Source: Eledone cirrhosa (taxonomy: Eukaryota). Taken from it: a DNA stretch of 64,000 bases. The DNA is taken from the NCBI GenBank assembly GCA_964016885.1, contig OZ024745.1, positions 46,934,001 through 46,998,000 of the forward strand. Reading direction: 5' to 3'. Within the stretch, counting starts at the first letter, position 1. Every line of letters starts with the position of its first letter. The notes beneath the pieces were generated by a model, which had not been told where the DNA came from, did no database searches, and saw nothing but the letters and a program-made list of their open reading frames with translations. Below, piece by piece: positions 52,850 to 62,099 of the stretch. A program made the position numbers and the translations under genes.

Positions 52850-55800
52850 GTACCCCGTTTTTTATTTGGGTGCCCCGTTTTTTTATGGGGGGGGTCCGTT
52901 TTTTATCTGGGTACCCCGTTTTTTATTTGGGTACCGCGTTTTTTATTTGGGTGCCCCGTTTTTTTATGGGGGGGGTCCGTTTTTTATTTGGGTGCCCCGT
53001 TTTTTTTATGGGGGGGTCCGTTTTTTATTTGGGGACCCCGTTTTTTATTTGGGTGCCCCGTTTTTTTATGGGGGGGGTCCGTTTTTTATTTGGGTGCCCC
53101 GTTTTGTTATGGGGGGGGTCCGTTTTTTAATTGGGTGCCCCGTTTTTTTATGGGGGGGTCCGTTTTTTATTTGGGTGCCCCGTTTTTTTATGGGGGGGGT
53201 CCGTTTTTTATTTGGGTGCCCCGTTTTTTATTTGGGTACCCCGTTTTTTATTTGGGTGCCCCGTTTTTTTATGGGGGGGTCCGTTTTTTATTTGGGTGCC
53301 CCGTTTTTTATTTGGGTGCCCCGTTTTTTTATGGGGGGGGCGTTTTTTATTTGGGTGCCCCGTTTTTTTATGGGGGGGTCCGTTTTTTATTTGGGTACCC
53401 CGTTTTTTATTTGGGTGCCCCGTTTTTTTTATGGGGGGGTCCGTTTTTTATTTGGGTGCCCCGTTTTTTATTTGGGTACCCCGTTTTTTATTTGGGTGCC
53501 CCGTTTTTTATTTGGGTGTCCCGTTTTTTTATGGGGGGGGTCCGTTTTTTATTTGGGTGCCCCGTTTTTTTATGGGGGGGGTCCGTTTTTTATTTGGGTA
53601 CCCCGTTTTTTATTTGGGTGCCCCGTTTTTTTATGGGGGGGTCCGTTTTTTATTTGGGTACCCCGTTTTTTATTTGGGTGCCCCGTTTTTTTATGGGGGG
53701 GATCCGTTTTTTATTTGGGTGCCCCGTTTTTTATTTCGGTGCCCCGTTTTTTTATGGGGGGGGTCCGTTTTTTATTTGGGTGCCCCGTTTTTTTATGGGG
53801 GGGTCCGTTTTTTATTTGGGTGCCCCGTTTTTTATTTGGGTGCCCCGTTTTTTTATGGGGGGGATCCGTTTTTTATTTGGGTGCCCCGTTTTATATTTGG
53901 GTGCCCCGTTTTTTATTTGGGTGCCCCGTTTTTTTATTGGGGGGGTCCGTTTTTTATCTGGGTACCCCGTTTTTTATTTGGGTACCGCGTTTTTTATTTG
54001 GGTGCCCCGTTTTTTATTTGGGTGTCCCGTTTTTTTATGGGGGGGGTCCGTTTTTTATTTGGGTGCCCCGTTTTTTTATGGGGGGGGTCCGTTTTTTATT
54101 TGGGTACCCCGTTTTTTATTTGGGTGCCCCGTTTTTTTATGGGGGGGTCCGTTTTTTATTTGGGTACCCCGTTTTTTATTTGGGTGCCCCGTTTTTTTAT
54201 GGGGGGGATCCGTTTTTTATTTGGGTGCCCCGTTTTTTATTTGGGTGCCCCGTTTTTTTATGGGGGGGGTCCGTTTTTTATTTGGGTGCCCCGTTTTTTT
54301 ATGGGGGGGTCCGTTTTTTATTTGGGTGCCCCGTTTTTTATTTGGGTGCCCCGTTTTTTTATGGGGGGGATCCGTTTTTTATTTGGGTGCCCCGTTTTAT
54401 ATTTGGGTGCCCCGTTTTTTATTTGGGTGCCCCGTTTTTTTATTGGGGGGTCCGTTTTTTATCTGGGTACCCCGTTTTTTATTTGGGTACCGCGTTTTTT
54501 ATTTGGGTGCCCCGTTTTTTTATGGGGGGGGTCCGTTTTTTATTTGGGTGCCCCGTTTTATATTTGGGTGCCCCGTTTTTTATTTGGGTGCCCCGTTTTT
54601 TTATTGGGGGGGTCCGTTTTTTATCTGGGTACCCCGTTTTTTATTTGGGTACCGCGTTTTTTATTTGGGTGCCCCGTTTTTTATTTGGGTGTCCCGTTTT
54701 TTTATGGGGGGGGTCCGTTTTTTATTTGGGTGCCCCGTTTTTTTATGGGGGGGGTCCGTTTTTTATTTGGGTACCCCGTTTTTTATTTGGGTGCCCCGTT
54801 TTTTTATGGGGGGGTCCGTTTTTTATTTGGGTACCCCGTTTTTTATTTGGGTGCCCCGTTTTTTTATGGGGGGGATCCGTTTTTTATTTGGGTGCCCCGT
54901 TTTTTATTTGGGTGCCCCGTTTTTTTATGGGGGGGGTCCGTTTTTTATTTGGGTGCCCCGTTTTTTTATGGGGGGGTCCGTTTTTTATTTGGGTGCCCCG
55001 TTTTTTATTTGGGTACCCCGTTTTTTATTTGGGTGCCCCGTTTTTTATTTGGGTGTCCCGTTTTTTTATGGGGGGGGTCCGTTTTTTATTTGGGTGCCCC
55101 GTTTTTTTATGGGGGGGGTCCGTTTTTTATTTGGGTACCCCGTTTTTTATTTGGGTGCCCCGTTTTTTTATGGGGGGTCCGTTTTTTATTTGGGTACCCC
55201 GTTTTTTATTTGGGTGCCCCGTTTTTTTATGGGGGGGATCCGTTTTTTATTTGGGTGCCCCGTTTTTTATTTGGGTGCCCCGTTTTTTTATGGGGGGGGT
55301 CCGTTTTTTATTTGGGTGCCCCGTTTTTTTATGGGGGGGTCCGTTTTTTATTTGGGTGCCCCGTTTTTTATTTGGGTGCCCCGTTTTTTTATGGGGGGGA
55401 TCCGTTTTTTATTTGGGTGCCCCGTTTTATATTTGGGTGCCCCGTTTTTTATTTGGGTGCCCCGTTTTTTTATGGGGGGTCCGTTTTTTATTTGGGTGCC
55501 CCGTTTTTTATTTGGGTACCCCGTTTTTTATTTGGGTGCCCCGTTTTTTTATGGGGGGGGTCCGTTTTTTATTTGGGTGCCCCGTTATTTTATGGGGGGG
55601 TCCCGTTTTTTATTTGGGTGCCCCGTTTTTTTATGGGGGGGGGTCCGTTTTTTATTTGGGTACCCCGTTTTTTATTTGGGTGCCCCGTTTTTTTATGGGG
55701 GGGGTCCGTTTTTTATTTGGGTACCCCGTTTTTTATTTGGGTGCCCCGTTTTTTTATGGGGGGGGTCCGTTTTTTATTTGGGTGCCCCGTTTTTTATTTG

Positions 55801-58800
55801 GGTGCCCCGTTTTTTTATGGGGGGGTCCGTTTTTTATTTGGGTACCCCGTTTTTTATTTGGGTGCCCCGTTTTTTTATGGGGGGGTCCGTTTTTTATTTG
55901 GGTGCCCCGTTTTTTTATGGGGGGGGTCCGTTTTTTATTTGGGTGCCCCGTTTTTTATTTGGGTGCCCCGTTTTTTTATGGGGGGGGGATCCGTTTTTTA
56001 TTTGGGTGCCCCGTTTTTTTATGGGGGAGGTCCGTTTTTTATTTGGGTGCCCCGTTTTTTATTTGGGTACCCCGTTTTTTATTTGGGTGCCCCGTTTTTT
56101 TATGGGGGGGGTCCGTTTTTTATTTGGGTGCCCCGTTTTTTTTATGGGGGGGTCCGTTTTTTATTTGGGGACCCCGTTTTTTATTTGGGTGCCCCGTTTT
56201 TTTATGGGGGGGGTCCGTTTTTTATTTGGGTGCCCCGTTTTTTTATGGGGGGGGGTCCGTTTTTTATTTGGGTGCCCCGTTTTTTATTTGGGTACCCCGT
56301 TTTTTATTTGGGTGCCCCGTTTTTTTATGGGGGGGTCCGTTTTTTATCTGGGTACCCCGTTTTTTATTTGGGTACCCCGTTTTTTATTTGGGTGCCCCGT
56401 TTTTTTATGGGGGGGGTCCGTTTTTTATCTGGGTACCCCGTTTTTTATTTGGGTACCGCGTTTTTTATTTGGGTGCCCCGTTTTTTTATGGGGGGGGTCC
56501 GTTTTTTATTTGGGTGCCCCGTTTTTTTTATGGGGGGGTCCGTTTTTTATTTGGGGACCCCGTTTTTTATTTGGGTGCCCCGTTTTTTTATGGGGGGGGT
56601 CCGTTTTTTATTTGGGTGCCCCGTTTTGTTATGGGGGGGGTCCGTTTTTTAATTGGGTGCCCCGTTTTTTTATGGGGGGGTCCGTTTTTTATTTGGGTGC
56701 CCCGTTTTTTTATGGGGGGGGTCCGTTTTTTATTTGGGTGCCCCGTTTTTTATTTGGGTACCCCGTTTTTTATTTGGGTGCCCCGTTTTTTTATGGGGGG
56801 GTCCGTTTTTTATTTGGGTGCCCCGTTTTTTATTTGGGTGCCCCGTTTTTTTATGGGGGGGGCGTTTTTTATTTGGGTGCCCCGTTTTTTTATGGGGGGG
56901 TCCGTTTTTTATTTGGGTACCCCGTTTTTTATTTGGGTGCCCCGTTTTTTTTATGGGGGGGGTCCGTTTTTTATTTGGGTGCCCCGTTTTTTATTTGGGT
57001 ACCCCGTTTTTTATTTGGGTGCCCCGTTTTTTATTTGGGTGTCCCGTTTTTTTATGGGGGGGGTCCGTTTTTTATTTGGGTGCCCCGTTTTTTTATGGGG
57101 GGGGTCCGTTTTTTATTTGGGTACCCCGTTTTTTATTTGGGTGCCCCGTTTTTTTATGGGGGGGTCCGTTTTTTATTTGGGTACCCCGTTTTTTATTTGG
57201 GTGCCCCGTTTTTTTATGGGGGGGATCCGTTTTTTATTTGGGTGCCCCGTTTTTTATTTGGGTGCCCCGTTTTTTTATGGGGGGGGTCCGTTTTTTATTT
57301 GGGTGCCCCGTTTTTTTATGGGGGGGTCCGTTTTTTATTTGGGTGCCCCGTTTTTTATTTGGGTGCCCCGTTTTTTTATGGGGGGGATCCGTTTTTTATT
57401 TGGGTGCCCCGTTTTATATTTGGGTGCCCCGTTTTTTATTTGGGTGCCCCGTTTTTTTATTGGGGGGGTCCGTTTTTTATCTGGGTACCCCGTTTTTTAT
57501 TTGGGTACCGCGTTTTTTATTTGGGTGCCCCGTTTTTTATTTGGGTGTCCCGTTTTTTTATGGGGGGGGTCCGTTTTTTATTTGGGTGCCCCGTTTTTTT
57601 ATGGGGGGGGTCCGTTTTTTATTTGGGTACCCCGTTTTTTATTTGGGTGCCCCGTTTTTTTATGGGGGGGTCCGTTTTTTATTTGGGTACCCCGTTTTTT
57701 ATTTGGGTGCCCCGTTTTTTTATGGGGGGGATCCGTTTTTTATTTGGGTGCCCCGTTTTTTATTTGGGTGCCCCGTTTTTTTATGGGGGGGGTCCGTTTT
57801 TTATTTGGGTGCCCCGTTTTTTTATGGGGGGGTCCGTTTTTTATTTGGGTGCCCCGTTTTTTATTTGGGTGCCCCGTTTTTTTATGGGGGGGATCCGTTT
57901 TTTATTTGGGTGCCCCGTTTTATATTTGGGTGCCCCGTTTTTTATTTGGGTGCCCCGTTTTTTTATTGGGGGGTCCGTTTTTTATCTGGGTACCCCGTTT
58001 TTTATTTGGGTACCGCGTTTTTTATTTGGGTGCCCCGTTTTTTTATGGGGGGGGTCCGTTTTTTATTTGGGTGCCCCGTTTTATATTTGGGTGCCCCGTT
58101 TTTTATTTGGGTGCCCCGTTTTTTTATTGGGGGGGTCCGTTTTTTATCTGGGTACCCCGTTTTTTATTTGGGTACCGCGTTTTTTATTTGGGTGCCCCGT
58201 TTTTTATTTGGGTGTCCCGTTTTTTTATGGGGGGGGTCCGTTTTTTATTTGGGTGCCCCGTTTTTTTATGGGGGGGGTCCGTTTTTTATTTGGGTACCCC
58301 GTTTTTTATTTGGGTGCCCCGTTTTTTTATGGGGGGGTCCGTTTTTTATTTGGGTACCCCGTTTTTTATTTGGGTGCCCCGTTTTTTTATGGGGGGGATC
58401 CGTTTTTTATTTGGGTGCCCCGTTTTTTATTTGGGTGCCCCGTTTTTTTATGGGGGGGGTCCGTTTTTTATTTGGGTGCCCCGTTTTTTTATGGGGGGGT
58501 CCGTTTTTTATTTGGGTGCCCCGTTTTTTATTTGGGTGCCCCGTTTTTTTATGGGGGGGATCCGTTTTTTATTTGGGTGCCCCGTTTTATATTTGGGTGC
58601 CCCGTTTTTTATTTGGGTGCCCCGTTTTTTTATTGGGGGGGTCCGTTTTTTATCTGGGTACCCCGTTTTTTATTTGGGTACCGCGTTTTTTATTTGGGTG
58701 CCCCGTTTTTTTATGGGGGGGGTCCGTTTTTTATTTGGGTGCCCCGTTTTTTATTTGGGTACCCCGTTTTTTATTTGGGTGCCCCGTTTTTTTATGGGGG

Positions 58801-59900
58801 GGTCCGTTTTTTATTTGGGTGCCCCGTTTTTTATTTGGGTGCCCCGTTTTTTTATGGGGGGGTCCGTTTTTTATTTGGGTACCCCGTTTTTTATTTGGGT
58901 GCCCCGTTTTTTTATGGGGGGGATCCGTTTTTTATTTGTGTGCCCCGTTTTTTATTTGGGTGCCCCGTTTTTTTATGGGGGGGGTCCGTTTTTTATTTGG
59001 GTGCCCCGTTTTTTTATGGGGGGGTCCGTTTTTTATTTGGGTGCCCCGTTTTTTATTTGGGTGCCCCGTTTTTTTATGGGGGGGATCCGTTTTTTATTTG
59101 GGTGCCCCGTTTTATATTTGGGTGCCCCGTTTTTTATTTGGGTGCCCCGTTTTTTTATTGGGGGGGTCCGTTTTTTATCTGGGTACCCCGTTTTTTATTT
59201 GGGTACCGCGTTTTTTATTTGGGTGCCCCGTTTTTTTATGGGGGGGGTCCGTTTTTTATTTGGGTGCCCCGTTTTTTTATGGGGGGGGGTCCGTTTTTTA
59301 TTTGGGTGCCCCGTTTTTTTATGGGGGAGGTCCGTTTTTTATTTGGGTGCCCCGTTTTTTATTTGGGTACCCCGTTTTTTATTTGGGTGCCCCGTTTTTT
59401 TATGGGGGGGGTCCGTTTTTTATTTGGGTGCCCCGTTTTTTTTATGGGGGGGTCCGTTTTTTATTTGGGGACCCCGTTTTCTATTTGGGTGCCCCGTTTT
59501 TTTATGGGGGGGGTCCGTTTTTTATTTGGGTGCCCCGTTTTTTTATGGGGGGGGTCCGTTTTTTATTTGGGTGCCCCGTTTTTTATTTGGGTACCCCGTT
59601 TTTTATTTGGGTGCCCCGTTTTTTTATGGGGGGGTCCGTTTTTTATCTGGGTACCCCGTTTTTTATTTGGGTACCGCGTTTTTTATTTGGGTGCCCCGTT
59701 TTTTTATGGGGGGGGTCCGTTTTTTATTTGGGTGCCCCGTTTTTTTTATGGGGGGGTCCGTTTTTTATTTGGGGACCCCGTTTTTTATTTGGGTGCCCCG
59801 TTTTTTTATGGGGGGGGTCCGTTTTTTATTTGGGTGCCCCGTTTTTTTATGGGGGGGGTCCGTTTTTTAATTGGGTGCCCCGTTTTTTTATGGGGGGGTC
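52850..59900 (+). repeat. Tandem higher-order duplication, period ~3.5 kb
   Basis: GTTTTGTTAT at 53101 and 56623. TTAATT stops end ORFs at 53130 and 56652 (offset 3522), and the downstream translations are near-identical for hundreds of residues. Confidence 0.8.
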
Positions 59901-62099
59901 CGTTTTTTATTTGGGTGCCCCGTTTTTTTATGGGGGGGTCCGTTTTTTATTTGGGTGCCCCGTTTTTTATTTGGGTACCCCGTTTTTTATTTGGGTGCCC
60001 CGTTTTTTTATGGGGGGGTCCGTTTTTTATTTGGGTGCCCCGTTTTTTATTTGGGTGCCCCGTTTTTTTATGGGGGGGGGGCGTTTTTTATTTGGGCGCC
60101 CCGTTTTTTTATGGGGGGGGGTCCGTTTTTTATTTGGGTACCCCGTTTTTTATTTGGGTGCCCCGTTTTTTTTATGGGGGGGGTCCGTTTTTTATTTGGG
60201 TGCCCCGTTTTTTATTTGGGTACCCCGTTTTTTATTTGGGTGCCCCGTTTTTTATTTGGGTGTCCCGTTTTTTTATGGGGGGGATCCGTTTTTTATTTGG
60301 GTGCCCCGTTTTTTATTTGGGTGCCCCGTTTTTTTATGGGGGGGGTCCGTTTTTTATTTGGGTGCCCCGTTTTTTTATGGGGGGGTCCGTTTTTTATTTG
60401 GGTGCCCCGTTTTTTATTTGGGTGCCCCGTTTTTTTATGGGGGGGATCCGTTTTTTATTTGGGTGCCCCGTTTTATATTTGGGTGCCCCGTTTTTTATTT
60501 GGGTGCCCCGTTTTTTTATTGGGGGGGTCCGTTTTTTATCTGGGTACCCCGTTTTTTATTTGGGTACCGCGTTTTTTATTTGGGTGCCCCGTTTTTTTAT
60601 GGGGGGGTCCCGTTTTTTATTTGGGTGCCCCGTTTTTTTATGGGGGGGGTCCGTTTTTTATTTGGGTGCCCCGTTTTTTTATGGGGGAGGTCCGTTTTTT
60701 ATTTGGGTGCCCCGTTTTTTATTTGGGTACCCCGTTTTTTATTTGGGTGCCCCGTTTTTTTATGGGGGGGGTCCGTTTTTTATTTGGGTGCCCCGTTTTT
60801 TTTATGGGGGGGTCCGTTTTTTTATGGGGGGGGTCCGTTTTTTATTTGGGTGCCCCGTTTTTTTTATGGGGGGGTCCGTTTTTTATTTGGGGACCCCGTT
60901 TTCTATTTGGGTGCCCCGTTTTTTTATGGGGGGGGTCCGTTTTTTATTTGGGTGCCCCGTTTTATATTTGGGTGACCCGTTTTTTATTTGGGTGCCCCGT
61001 TTTTTTTATGGGGGGGTCCGTTTTTTATTTGGGTGCCCCGTTTTTTTATGGGGGGGGTCCGTTTTTTATTTGGGTGCCCCGTTTTTTATTTGGGTACCCC
61101 GTTTTTTATTTGGGTGCCCCGTTTTTTTATGGGGGGGGTCCGTTTTTTATTTGGGTGCCCCGTTTTTTATTTGGGTGCCCCGTTTTTTATTTGGGTGCCC
61201 CGTTTTTTTATGGGGGGGTCCGTTTTTTATTTGGGTACCCCGTTTTTTATTTGGGTGCCCCGTTTTTTTATGGGGGGGTCCGTTTTTTATTTGGGTGCCC
61301 CGTTTTTTTATGGGGGGGTCCGTTTTTTATTTGGGTACCCCGTTTTTTATTTGGGTGCCCCGTTTTTTTATGGGGGGGTCCGTTTTTTATTTGGGTGCCC
61401 CGTTTTTTTATGGGGGGGGTCCGTTTTTTATTTGGGTACCCCGTTTTTTATTTGGGTGCCCCGTTTTTTTATGGGGGGATCCGTTTTTTATTTGGGTGCC
61501 CCGTTTTTTTATGGGGGAGGTCCGTTTTTTATTTGGGTGCCCCGTTTTTTATTTGGGTACCCCGTTTTTTATTTGGGTGCCCCGTTTTTTTATGGGGGGG
61601 GGGTCCGTTTTTTATTTGGGTGCCCCGTTTTTTTTATGGGGGGGGTCCGTTTTTTATTTGGGGACCCCGTTTTTTATTTGGGTGCCCCGTTTTTTTATGG
61701 GGGGGGTCCGTTTTTTATTTGGGTGCCCCGTTTTTTTATGGGGGGGGGTCCGTTTTTTATTTGGGTGCCCCGTTTTTTATTTGGGTACCCCGTTTTTTAT
61801 TTGGGTGCCCCGTTTTTTTATGGGGGGGTCCGTTTTTTATCTGGGTACCCCGTTTTTTATTTGGGTACCCCGTTTTTTATTTGGGTGCCCCGTTTTTTTA
61901 TGGGGGGGGGTCCGTTTTTTATCTGGGTACCCCGTTTTTTATTTGGGTACCGCGTTTTTTATTTGGGTGCCCCGTTTTTTTATGGGGGGGGTCCGTTTTT
62001 TATCTGGGTACCCCGTTTTTTATTTGGGTACCGCGTTTTTTATTTGGGTGCCCCGTTTTTTTATGGGGGGGGTCCGTTTTTTATTTGGGTGCCCCGTTT